DNA of 64,000 bases from Paramoeba atlantica (GCA_977017575.1 CDRNVI010000005.1:1-64000); one strand, 5' to 3'. Shown: positions 46,013 through 57,307, counted from the first letter of the stretch. Numbers and translations are program-made. Notes: generated from the letters alone by a model not told the origin.

Positions 46013-46606
46013 TCGACTTACTTTGAATTTGAAGATACGATACCAAAAAGAAAAAAAAATGTAGCAGTGAATATCGAGAAGCACGGGCACGGTGAGCGAT
46101 ACGGAATTTCCTTATGATTTATTTTGGCGGAGTAGGCACCGCTGAAATACATCAACGTGCGATTGGGTTGTAAATGGAAGTAGGACGAGCGAATGGGTGG
46201 TCCCCGCGTCACCCGTTCGCAAGCTGGGAGAGGACAGAAGTGTTGTGGGATTATTTAATTTTGTTATGTTATGACCGGTCATACAGTATTCATATGAATT
46301 TTGAATGTGCATAGAATTGAACGTATCAAATATCAGATAGAAGAGGGGAATGAAGATATTGTTTTGCTTAGTGCTTTCTTTCTTTCTTATAATATTTATG
46401 ATGCACAATTCAATGCGTTCCCAACATAAATGTCATCTAAAATTCTTGACGCCTTACTTAAGTTCCCGGCTCGAGCATGTAGCAGCGCTTTCTTGATTGA
46501 TTTTATATCACTGGTAGCTTCTTCATCCTTCTTCTGTGAAACTGATCGATGCTACTCTTCCCCCTCTTCCGCCTATGCAGTCGTTTCCGCCGTATGTTTT
46601 AATTGA

Positions 46607-48304
46607 TTGTGAAATCGCTCGAGGCAGCGTTCCTGCACCTACGGGAAATCACCGGAGAGATTAACCTTCAAGTTAAGTTTGAAAAGTGTGAATGGTTTCA
46701 GAAAGACACCCCATGCACTGGCGAATCTTCATTGGAGGGGTTAGGCGTCAATTTCCGCCCAGACGCACTAAAAATTCTCGGGGCTTATATTGGCGGAGAT
46801 GAGATTGTGGAGGACCTACTTATCAAGAAAATGAGCAAACACCAATGCCTCTTTCGTCGCCTCCTGCTCATGGGACCTAGTAACCTATCTCTGGCCATTC
46901 TACGACGATGTATGATCCCCCGGCAAGACTATCATTTAAGGGTACATCGACCCCATGCTACCCGACGACTTGCAGAAGCATTTGAGAAACAAGTTCACAA
47001 GGTTGTTGAAAAATGGTGCGGCGCCGATGAAACCGCCTTTCAACTTGCAGCACTCCCGCAAAAGCTTGGTGGCTTAGGTCTGATTTCCTCCGTTCTCAAG
47101 CAAAAGTTCTTTTTTGAATCCGCCCAAACATCTATTGATGAGCACTTTCAACCCACTTACGCTCCGGTAGATCTTACAGGCGGGAACAAAACAAGCGCGA
47201 AGGCTCAGAGTCGCGGAGAAATTGCTCAAAAGCTACTGAAGAAGAAAATGACCACTGAGCACGAGAAACAACTGGCAGAGTTGAAGAAAAACGGTCGAAT
47301 AGAACACATCTTGAAGCGCACGAAAGAAGCAAATCTTCATCCCGAGAGCACTAGTAATTATATAAATCCATACCTTTTTCGCTACACGCTTATGATGCGC
47401 TTGGGAATCGGTCTTTCGAAAGCACCCGCTAAGATTACTTGTCCGGGCTGCTGCAGTCAAGAGTCGCCTTCCAGTATCATTTCCCACGTCGCAGGATGCT
47501 CCCGGTGCTCAGGAATGAACTGTACGCGCAATCACTCCCACATCGTCCGTTATCTCGCCGATTTGTGTTCCAAAGCTGGATTGCCTTCGGTCATTGAGCC
47601 ACGCATATATTCCTCCTATTTCTGCACGAAATGTAAATGCACCATCTCAGCCGAGGTTTCCGAGCAACATCCGTGCAAAGCCCGCCGCATTCGTTCTGGC
47701 CCCGACCTTGCCATCATGTGGCCCCACATGGGGGAAGTCCTGTACGATTTCACCGTTGTTCACACTTGCTGCGCCAGCTATGCCAAACAAACTAGCACAG
47801 CACTGATGCAGCAAGTTATTGATAAGAAGTTCAAGAAATACGTCGTAGAAAAAGGCGTCGATAGCGATTCTTTTCGTTGCCTGGCCACAACTGATTGTGG
47901 CCTACTACATAACGACACGAAAGTGCTGTTGAAGGCGTTGGCGAACCGAGCCCAGTTAAAATACGAAAACGTACGGCAAGCCCTTCAGCTCGAAATCGAA
48001 AAGATGACGGCATACACGGTTGTTTCGCAACTTCGTCATTACATCCCGAAGGAGAACTGGATCGGAGGACTTCGATCTTAGGTCAAAAATGTTCCTCAAA
48101 TGCGAACAGAGCTTTCTGTCTTTCTCCCTTCCCTTCTCTCTCTTTTCTTTACTCTTTCTCTTGCCTAGAGAAAGACCTCAGCGAGCTCTCCCCCCTTTCC
48201 TCCTCCCACGAATCCTAATCCTAATATTAGATTTCATTGAGAGTTACGAATGTTGCTAGTTTCCTTGATGATCGTACCGTTGTTTAGGTTTCTCATTCAT
48301 ACTA
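46607..48304 (+). mobile_element. 5'-truncated family-B non-LTR copy flanked by a 55-bp direct repeat
   Basis: ORF 46603..48081 is a close paralogue of 40648..42117; 46552-46606 equals 48305-48359. Confidence 0.9.
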
Positions 48305-48359
48305 CTACTCTTCCCCCTCTTCCGCCTATGCAGTCGTTTCCGCCGTATGTTTTAATTGA

Positions 48360-49400
48360 GTGTTCCTTGATGATCTTTTGACCGCTTGAGTGTGTTCTGA
48401 TATTTAACTTCCACGTTCCTTTTCTACGGTATACGCTGGATACTTTACCCAATGAGACGTTGACCTCATCTTGCCTATCAAACGACCACGCGACAGAACA
48501 CATCGCTCCCTTTCTGATGTGTTCAGACCACGATCGGATTTCACTTGCCGGGATGGGGAAATCCTGATTTGAGCACGATGCTAGTGTTTCGCAAATTTCC
48601 GTCGATTTAGTGTTCATGTCAAACTGGACGCTGATCGGTGTATCTCGGGGGTTCTGAGACACCGCTTCATCAAGCTGTGGAGAACCGTCGGAAGAGTGAT
48701 TTGCAGAGTCTCGTACCTGCGACACCTCTTCTACCGTGTTTTCTTCAAGCTGTTCTTCAAGCTGTGAAGGACCGTCGGAAGAATGATGCGCAGAGTCCCT
48801 TATCTGCGACGCCTCTTCTGCCATGTTTTCAAAAGTTAATTCATATGGCACTTGGAGAGGACTCGGAAGCTCCTGCGAGTCCTTCGACCTGTCTGAGTTT
48901 GAGAACTGCCTGTCCTCTGAATTCCGCGGCGTAGAGTTGCAGTCAAAGAAGGGACGTTCGGATTTCGGCGTACTTTGCGGCTCCTTACTTATACCCGAAG
49001 TTTGAGTTGGGGTTAACGGTGTGTCCGGTGTTTCTGAAAATACGGGGCAATGTTCGTGTGTCTTTCCTTCAGAAATTTCTTCCGCGTCAGGTGTTTTTGC
49101 CTCACTGAAATCTGCCTCGCGTTTTGCTGCACACGGATTTGTTTCTTGTGATTCGGAACCTCCTCCGGACGCGGTGGTGTTTAGTGTTGCTGAATTGGCT
49201 CTGCGAACCGTGTCGAAATCTGGGCCCGCGTCTGGTTGTAAGGCTGAGCGCGATTCTGGTTGCACGCCTGTTTGGAAAATCGAAGGTGACACGCATACTC
49301 CAGAATACTCGTCACTTGACAGTGAGGGCAGCGTCGCAGACAAAGAAGGCAGCGTGTTTGATATTAGGCTTGCAATGGGCTTTAAAGACTGAACTACAGC
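48360..49400 (-). pseudogene. Non-LTR N-terminal low-complexity region fragment
   Basis: TLPSLSS and FFDC motifs plus CSVAWSFDRQ..VSLGKV shared with ORF 49454. Confidence 0.75.
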
Positions 49401-49534
49401 GGTGGCTGACGGTAACTTGAACTTATAAACCTATATAACGATCGAACGAAATATTGCAACAACGTGCACCGAAAAAGAGGGATCGATCTGCGCGAATCTT
49501 GTTGTTTTATTTTCCTAATCTTTTTCGTCCAAAC

Positions 49535-51585
49535 ATGGGCATGCTCACGCGTGCCAAAGCAAAGGAGACTGGAGTAGCTCCCGTCATCCAGCCGTTGCCG
49601 CCCCGCCGAGCAAAGAAACAACCGATTCTACGAGAGGCAAACGAATCTTCATCGCCGACCCCAAGAGAATTGTCCGTACCAAACTCGCCGGCACCCTCAT
49701 CCGCGCCACTGTCCGCACCACCCTCACCCCAACAGGGGCCACGAACAACATCACCTGGCAATCCGCCGGTATCGATGACAGCACCTCTAGACAAACAAAC
49801 AACGCTGTCACCGCCAACAGAATCACCAACGGAAAAAACCTTACCTCTACCGCTCCCTCCGCCATCCGGGAACAAAGCTGTCAAACGGGGTTTTCGCATC
49901 TCCTTCAATGAGCTCAAAAAGCAAATCGAGGCGCGACAGGAGGAAGAAAGAAAAGTGAGAGAGAGCGAAGCAAAAGCGGCGGAAGCATCGAAACAGTCGA
50001 AAGCCAACTCATTTATCCGGATCCGCCGAACTGAGAGTTCTAGATTCACGCTTCCTTCGGCAACTACTGTTGTTCAGACCCTAAAACCCATTGCAAGCTT
50101 GATATCGAGCACGCTTCCTTCATTAACCGGTCTCTCGACTCCGACCGTCAAGTCGCCAATCCAGCGAGTTGAGATGCGACCAGAGGCCGCAACAGAGACG
50201 CGACCAGAGACCGCAACAGAGACGCGACAAGAAACCGCAACAGAGACGCTACCAGAGAACACAACAGAGATGCAACCAGAGACAAATACCGACTGCTATG
50301 TCATTTCTGAATCATTACGAACGATCTCGACCACACGAGAAACAGAGGTGAAGAACCCTAATAAGGTGGTGCTGAGGCGTGCCCGCAAATCTATGCCGCA
50401 GATAGTCAGCGAAAACATCTTGCGCGAAGACTCCAATGGCGTTGCAAACGAAGAGCGCAACTTTGGCGGAATACATCAACCTGAAAACTCCCCCTGTCTG
50501 TCTCACAGGTCCGCAGACGCGAGCGAAACCTTCTTTGATTGCGTTTCCCCGCTCACGATACAGGTGCCGGAAGGAAACACTTCGACATCAGATACACTGC
50601 ACGAAACGCTTGCAAGTTCAGAAGCAAACTCCTTGCCAGACCCCAATTCGTGCAACAAGGCCATTGTTCAACGTTGGGCAGGGTCAATTGATCCGGCTTT
50701 TAGCTTTCCAGTTGCGACGGATATGCTATGGGAAAGATCGAAAAACGCGAGGCCAAAAGAAGAATGCCTACTGGCGTGGAGCTTTGATAACCAAGCGCTT
50801 CTAAATATATCTCACGGAACTGTAAAATCAATAAAAAAACGTGCTGGAGTTGGAAAGCTATCAATGTCTTACGAAGGAATCGTGGGGCACATGGTATATA
50901 TATATATATCAGTCCGCAAGTGGTCGCAGCAATGCTCTACTTGTTATTATTATTCTCATTTTATCCTAACACAAAGCTCGCTGCGACAACACTACCCACG
51001 CGACTCCATCCACTTTTCCTTCTCGTACCGCCTCTCTTCAACCTTCTCCTGATTGAAAATATGCTTTGCGAATTCCTCAAATTAAATTAAATATAATTTC
51101 ATTCAATTTTTTGCCTATTGAAAATTACGATGCATTAGGAACAATCATACACATGCCCATTTGACATGGTTGGAAGTAAATTCGATGGTTTCCTACCGCC
51201 TCATCCGAACGTTCGCGTCTATGAAATATTTTGGCTAAAACATGCAAAACAACCTGAGATCGGGATGCACCAAGAACCGCGAACCAGGATACATACAGAA
51301 GAAGATTTGGATAAGAACCCCATGCCCACCATGCGGACAATTCCTGCGGAATTTGTGCCATGCGTAATTGCAATTTATCGTGACATCGTCCGCGACTACG
51401 CGGATTCATCATATGAACAACGAAATCGAATTTGGAATTGCATTCTATCTGCTATGAAGCATTCCCTGGCTACCATCCGCGACTTGAGCGGAAAAAAAGG
51501 CGACGACGTCCTTTACCTGATTCTGTTACAGGAGAAGAAAATAACGGGAAAAGCACGAGCGACACTGATGATACCAGAGCGATGA
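49535..51585 (+). mobile_element. Family-A non-LTR 5' half interrupted by a 268-bp insertion (50896-51163, TSD ACATGGT)
   Basis: YEGIVGHMV resumes as GSKFDGFLPP after the insert; CTTGTTG SL-end relic at 49498-49504. Confidence 0.85.
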
Positions 51586-51766
51586 AAAAGTATAAGTTTA
51601 CGATAAGAAATTTAGGAGACTTTATTTTGTTGATATGCAGATGGTGCCCCGAAAGGGGTCTAAACTGTTTTCAAATTCTACCCCGAAATGGGTCTAAACT
51701 ATTTATCTATGTACCAGGGATAGATTGAGGTAATTATAAATATACTGTATATTAGTGACATTTCCT

Positions 51767-51802
51767 CTTTAACGACAAAGATACAGTTTCTGTACCTTGT
51801 TG
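51767..51802 (+). other. Spliced-leader-like exon (36 nt visible), no intron
   Basis: GATACAGTTTCTGTAC core matches the trypanosomatid mini-exon core; same sequence at 57308-57343 and 60790-60821. Confidence 0.85.
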
Positions 51803-51839
51803 TGACATTTCCTCCTATAAACAACAAAAACGTTTTTCC

Positions 51840-52877
51840 ATGGCAGGTATTTTGAATACCGTGCGCCGAACACTCTCTATGGGCAGACAGGACAGTCCTC
51901 CACCAGTTGATCCTAACGACCCTGTGAGCCCATCTCTCCGACAAGGACGGGACCAGAGAAACACCCTGAACCCCGAGCAAGTGGCGGCTTTGCTTCGAGG
52001 TGGGGATGGCGCGGAGGCCATGTCAGAGGAATCGAAGATGGAGTTTGCTGCTAAAGTTAAATCTTTAGTAGCTCGAGGGTACCAGGTATCTGTTGAGGCC
52101 GTGTGGGGCCACGTAGGGGAAACTCATCGTCAAACGGTAGTGGGTAACATTTCTCTTAAGGGCGATGGATCGGGGTCCCTGGAGGCGAAGTGGTCCGACG
52201 AGCCAGGTATGGCATACGATTTCCCTTTCCCGGATATTAATTACTATTCCCTAGAGATCTCTAGTGTCCGAGCAGTCATGCCAGGGGGGCGGAAGACTGA
52301 AGATGGGCAAGCAACACCGCAGCTTGTGACTGACCCCGCCAAGTTCACGACTTATGAACCGTTGACCTGGGGGCCCTGGCTTGAATCCGAAGATGAGCTG
52401 CGCGTGAGGGATCTCATCCGAGATCTTAGGGCGGCACCGGAGTTTGGCTTGTTATTTCACCCCCCGCCCATCCGCGAGCGTCTCTTTAAGATTATTCAGG
52501 ATTGGGTGTATGCCGCTCGTATGTACCCAATATGGCGTGAAGAGTATTTTCTGAGCATTGTCCAAACAGCAATCGAAGAACTACGGAACCATTACTGGGC
52601 ATCTCAAGGCATTCCGATTGAAAATCTCCAGTTAAAGCTGCATAAGCACGACGACGCTAAGGACGCGTATACGAAGGCTGTCGCAGACGAGAAACTTCGA
52701 CAGTTGCGTACTCCCAAGGGGCCGGCCAAGCCTGCATTACTCTGCTACAAATGCCACAAGCCGGGCCACATCCGTGCGTACTGTCCGACCTTAAATCAAG
52801 CCCAGCAGCGCAGCTTCGCCACGGGTTTTCGCTCGGGGGTGACGAGCGGCACCGCTGGTGCAAAGAGGGGCCAATAG
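51840..52877 (+). CDS. Gag-like protein of YR element Y3
   Basis: C-terminal CYKCHKPGHIRAYC zinc knuckle; homologous to Y2 gag. Confidence 0.9.
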   Translation: MAGILNTVRRTLSMGRQDSPPPVDPNDPVSPSLRQGRDQRNTLNPEQVAALLRGGDGAEAMSEESKMEFAAKVKSLVARGYQVSVEAVWGHVGETHRQTVVGNISLKGDGSGSLEAKWSDEPGMAYDFPFPDINYYSLEISSVRAVMPGGRKTEDGQATPQLVTDPAKFTTYEPLTWGPWLESEDELRVRDLIRDLRAAPEFGLLFHPPPIRERLFKIIQDWVYAARMYPIWREEYFLSIVQTAIEELRNHYWASQGIPIENLQLKLHKHDDAKDAYTKAVADEKLRQLRTPKGPAKPALLCYKCHKPGHIRAYCPTLNQAQQRSFATGFRSGVTSGTAGAKRGQ

Positions 52878-55672
52878 GGAAGGCCCCCCACCCCTTATCT
52901 CGCTCGTGCCCGACCGTTTGTCAAACGGAGGGTGAAAAAACCAGGCTTTTTTGCACGTGCCCAGCTGCCGAAAACGCGGCGGGTGAACTTTTCAAACAGT
53001 TCTTGGCCTTCATCCGGGAATACGGATGCAAGTGTTCCGACCATTATACGGTCTGTAGTCCACGCGCCGAAGCGGGAGCGTCCAAATCCCGATCCCCGCG
53101 ACGTCGTCGGAAGCGAAAACATGAACGAACTGCAAGCAAAACGCAGACTGACATGCACTTTGTTGGGACTGGAACCGAGAATGCCGGTAGTCGAACCGAT
53201 ATGCCGCGCGATAGACCCCATGTGGACGACAGCCACCTGGATGACACGAAGTCGGTTGTGGGATCGACTGGCCCGCTTTTGCAACGCGGGAAACGCCCCC
53301 CTCGAACCCCTACACGCTGTAGTGTTCCTCGATCAGCTGAATCTTGCACCCGCAACACTTCTCGCATATGCACGAAGCCTCCAATCGATATTCAACCTCG
53401 CCCACAAACCCACAGGACCTCTACAGCTATACGCGAAAGCATTGCAAGCAAAGGGAGCGCTAGAACCAACCCGCCAAATGGAGCCCGCGACCCCATGGCA
53501 TATCAGAAAGTTGCGCGCCAAACTCATACCAAGGGATTCGATAGCGGTGTTGATCTGTTGGAAAGCCGCGGGCCGATGGACCGAGGTAGCCGAATTGACC
53601 AAAGACCGGTTTGTCAAGGTGGACGACAACGAAGTAATTGTGTATTGGGGGCGGCAAACGAAAACCACACGACTCAACCCGTATCGGTTATCCATGTGCA
53701 CAACGATAGTGGGTCCAGGGACTCCAGAGATAGCTCAACACGTCAGGCATATGATTGCAGGGCAGCGCATAAGCGCCACGACAGTACGGGAGATGGATCT
53801 CCGAATACGCAAGATTCTGGGCCCGAAATTCGGAACACATTCCATCAAGCGCGGAGCGGTAACGTACCTGTTTCAGGAGGTTGCTCTAGGAAGACTAACA
53901 ATATCAGACGTTCAAAATCTCGCAAAACATCAGCACATTACCTCCCTATTACGGTACAACGCAAACCTAGTGACCACCACGAGAGCGCTCGGTACACAGC
54001 GAGCTTCGGCTCTCCTGCAACTCCAATAACACAAGCTGATGTAGATAGGTGCCTCGAGCAGGTCCCACATGTTAAGCGGTATAGCATTATTTGTGCAAGG
54101 AGAACTTCGCGCTTAGCCAAGGCGCAGGACATGCATCACCCCTTACACGTTAAGACGGGAATTCCTACTATGGAACTGGATAAAGTTAAGTCTTGGATGA
54201 GGAATGACACGCGAAGCCGACTAGAGCGCATTATGAATAAAATGTTTTGCACCAAAGTACCACCACAGCCTGAACCATCCATTAAAGGGAATCTTCTTAC
54301 GAAGGACATCAACGAACTGATCACAGCGAATGTTATTCAACGAGTTTCGGATCAAATGGCCCGCGACATACCGACTATACAGTACCTCGTACCCTTTACG
54401 GTGGTGGAAGCTGACGAATCAGGGAAATCCAGACGACGTTTTATTTCATGGACTAAGGATGACAATGAACGTCTGAAGGAATATGATCCGCTCGTGCCGC
54501 TGCTCCATCCGGCGAAATACCTTCATCGTGTGGAAATGGAGGTCGGGGTGAAAAGAGATCTCAAATGTGGTTTCTATCAGGTCCCGGTCCCAGAGCGCGC
54601 GCGCGCGAAGTTTCGGTTTCGTGATTCCCAAGGAAATCTCTATCAGATGAAAGTTATGCCCATGGGGCATAGATGTGCCCCGGAAGTGATGCATACTATC
54701 ACGTCCGTGCTGGCCGGTGACCCGGGAGTGTGTAAACCGGAAGCGAGTTTTGCAAAGAGCAGTGTTGATATATATATCGACGGGATTCGCTACACAGCGA
54801 GCAAAGAGGAAGCCATTGGATATGCCAAGCGGATTGATTCCCGCTGTAGAGAAGCTAATGGAGCCTTTAAGGAGCATGGCTCACCCCCGGAACTGGAGTA
54901 TGTGTTTAATGGCTTAAACTACGATCATATAGTGCACAAGGTCAGCCTGGGACCTCGAGTACTACTGAAGTTACGTCGTGATCGATTTAACACTATTACG
55001 TACGCCCAATTGGAGACGGCGGTGGGGCGTCTCCTCTACGCCTCAGCAGTCCTTGGGTATGTTATTCCGCGTTTTCATTTTACGCTCAAAATTGCGAGGC
55101 GCCGTATTAATATGTTAAACCGAAATCTTCACCTAGCGGATAAGCCGGTACCTCTTCCTAAACCCACGAGATGCATCCTAGCCGATTGGCGGGACGAAGT
55201 GCTAAAGAATATACCCATTGAACCACCTCCGCACCCAGACGTCGTGCCCCATACGCACCGCCTATATACCGACGCATCGAGCAAAGGGTGGGGAGCAGTG
55301 CTATATCTCGATGACGGGGGGGTACAGATTACAGGTGACTCTTGGCCCAAAGAATTTAAATATGAGGTAAATCATGCCGAGGCCATGGCCGTAACCAATG
55401 CTTTGAAGGACTTCAAACATCACTTTGAGAAGGGGACGTGTATTGACTTATACATAGATAACACGTCTTGTCAGGGCGCCATTAATAAACGTATGGCGAA
55501 TTCCGATAATATCGCTAGCGAACTGAAGAAAGTTTTACTGATGAATCAGAATCAAGGGATTTGCATCAAAGCGCGATACATACGGTCCGAAGACAACCCA
55601 GCAGATCCCGTGAGTCGTTTAGATAGCCATACAAAATTTCATAATCTACAACAATTGGTCAGCCGCCACTGA
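52751..55672 (+). CDS. RT/RNase H ORF of Y3 (-1 frame, overlapping all of YR)
   Basis: RDLKCGFYQ, MPMGHR, YIDG, LYTDASS, EAMAV, YIDN, NPADPVSR; no internal stops. Confidence 0.92.
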   Translation: MPQAGPHPCVLSDLKSSPAAQLRHGFSLGGDERHRWCKEGPIGKAPHPLSRSCPTVCQTEGEKTRLFCTCPAAENAAGELFKQFLAFIREYGCKCSDHYTVCSPRAEAGASKSRSPRRRRKRKHERTASKTQTDMHFVGTGTENAGSRTDMPRDRPHVDDSHLDDTKSVVGSTGPLLQRGKRPPRTPTRCSVPRSAESCTRNTSRICTKPPIDIQPRPQTHRTSTAIRESIASKGSARTNPPNGARDPMAYQKVARQTHTKGFDSGVDLLESRGPMDRGSRIDQRPVCQGGRQRSNCVLGAANENHTTQPVSVIHVHNDSGSRDSRDSSTRQAYDCRAAHKRHDSTGDGSPNTQDSGPEIRNTFHQARSGNVPVSGGCSRKTNNIRRSKSRKTSAHYLPITVQRKPSDHHESARYTASFGSPATPITQADVDRCLEQVPHVKRYSIICARRTSRLAKAQDMHHPLHVKTGIPTMELDKVKSWMRNDTRSRLERIMNKMFCTKVPPQPEPSIKGNLLTKDINELITANVIQRVSDQMARDIPTIQYLVPFTVVEADESGKSRRRFISWTKDDNERLKEYDPLVPLLHPAKYLHRVEMEVGVKRDLKCGFYQVPVPERARAKFRFRDSQGNLYQMKVMPMGHRCAPEVMHTITSVLAGDPGVCKPEASFAKSSVDIYIDGIRYTASKEEAIGYAKRIDSRCREANGAFKEHGSPPELEYVFNGLNYDHIVHKVSLGPRVLLKLRRDRFNTITYAQLETAVGRLLYASAVLGYVIPRFHFTLKIARRRINMLNRNLHLADKPVPLPKPTRCILADWRDEVLKNIPIEPPPHPDVVPHTHRLYTDASSKGWGAVLYLDDGGVQITGDSWPKEFKYEVNHAEAMAVTNALKDFKHHFEKGTCIDLYIDNTSCQGAINKRMANSDNIASELKKVLLMNQNQGICIKARYIRSEDNPADPVSRLDSHTKFHNLQQLVSRH
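52932..54029 (+). CDS. Tyrosine recombinase of Y3 (in frame with gag)
   Basis: AGRWTE (R), HSIKRG (H..R), LAKH, RY catalytic residues. Confidence 0.92.
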   Translation: MKKPGFFARAQLPKTRRVNFSNSSWPSSGNTDASVPTIIRSVVHAPKRERPNPDPRDVVGSENMNELQAKRRLTCTLLGLEPRMPVVEPICRAIDPMWTTATWMTRSRLWDRLARFCNAGNAPLEPLHAVVFLDQLNLAPATLLAYARSLQSIFNLAHKPTGPLQLYAKALQAKGALEPTRQMEPATPWHIRKLRAKLIPRDSIAVLICWKAAGRWTEVAELTKDRFVKVDDNEVIVYWGRQTKTTRLNPYRLSMCTTIVGPGTPEIAQHVRHMIAGQRISATTVREMDLRIRKILGPKFGTHSIKRGAVTYLFQEVALGRLTISDVQNLAKHQHITSLLRYNANLVTTTRALGTQRASALLQLQ

Positions 55673-55717
55673 CTGATTGTTGCCGAAAATAGTTTTTACA
55701 AAAAAAAAAAAAAAAAA

Positions 55718-57056
55718 CGTACGAGATATCAGATGTGCGAACACGAACAAGATGGATATCTCAATGCGGGAAAGGGGCAAGCAGTTGGGCTTTTGTAACC
55801 CCGTCTAAGGACATGGGGTATTCCTTTACTCCTACAGAGTTTCGAACCTTGGCCCGCTGGTGGATAGGGATCGACGTCTACCCTGAAGAAGGGAAATGCC
55901 CTATGCCGAAATGTTCTCTCCCACTGGACACCAAAGGGGACCACGCATTGTCCTGCAAACACGGCAATGGAATTATCACGAGGCATAATGCCGTGGCAGA
56001 TCAGTTCGCCGACCTTTGCAGCAGAGCCAAACTGGCCCCACAACGAGAAAAAAGTCTTGGCAACAGAGGCCCAGGGGGCGCCCTCACCAGACCCGGCGAT
56101 GTCTATTTGCCCGGTCTCCAGTTGGGGAATCCGATTGTACTTGACTTCGCGGTCACCCATGCTCAGCAACTAAAACATACGGACAAAGTCCGGAATGCTA
56201 GCTGGGTAACCGCGGGGTCATTTGCTGAACAATATTCATCAACGCAAAAGGGCCAGCAGAGACACGAATCTGAAGAAGCCGGCTGTGCCTTCACCGCCAT
56301 GGTGGTGGAGAGCTACGGTGCGTGGAGCAGCAGTGCATCCGCAGTACTCCGTAAAGTTGGAGAACGGCTTTCGCACGCCTCGTGCGGGTTATTGACAGAA
56401 GGGGGGGCGACGAGCAGAATCTTCACGGAGTTAAACGTGACCCTCATGCGCCTTCAGGCCCGCATGATGGTTAATCGCCTTCTCCCTGATGACCCGTTTT
56501 CTTGCTTGGGGGAGTAAACGTTTCCTGACCGGACGGCAGTCAGCACAGACCCACGTTTGCGCCCTCATAGATGGCTGGCCTGGATGCTGGTCGATGCCGA
56601 CAGGGTCTATGCTCACGCCTAACCCTCAAGGGCTAGGTACTCCAAGTGAGGTAGGACATGGGTCGGGAACTAAAACTTCCTCCCCGTCGGCCAGCATCCT
56701 GTTTCGCGACCGTGTCGCTGTCGACACAGGCCCGCGCCTGCGCCCTCCCATATAACAAGGGAAGGGTTCACAAGTCAGGCCGTGGAGAGGTCGAAAGACC
56801 CGGTCCGGAACGCGCGAATGGATTGGGCATAGATTGCTTGTTTTTATTGTTATTGTTTTTATTGTTCTTATACTTACGGGAGATCGAATTGCTAGTTTTG
56901 GGCTCCAAAATATGAAATTGCTAATTTGATTGCTTGTTTTAAAATCATATACCCCCCCAATGGACCTACTTGGTTCGTCTAATGGGTCAAAATATAGAGG
57001 CAATGCCGCGATTCATACTTCTCCCCCCTTATTAATTGCAAAAAAAAAAAAAAAAA
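55718..57056 (+). mobile_element. 3' end of a CRE-like non-LTR element: CCHC/RLE, structured 3' UTR and polyA
   Basis: CPMPKC..GDHALSC..HN, RPGDVY..LDFAV; A-run at ~57039-57056. Confidence 0.9.
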
Positions 57057-57307
57057 CAGATGCGCTCAGTGACTTGGTCAAATAAGCAATAGCGGGGCTA
57101 TACATGTAGGTGTTTCAGTAGGTGGCCGCCACCATTTGCTGAAAACACATGCGCTCGGGTGGTAGTATTACGTGCGAGCGGGCTGGTTCGCGGAGTTGGC
57201 GGACGGGATGCCCGTTCGTAAGTAAAGGAGTTTGTTATCGATTTGTTTGAAATACTGTAAGTTTGATTGAAATGGCCAGGTACCTTTAAAAAAAAAGCGA
57301 TAAAGAT

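Noticed and set aside
56790-56825. GCGAATGG as the HDV ribozyme J4/2
   Set aside because: It lies in a 3' UTR, and P1.1, P2 and P3 could not be fitted
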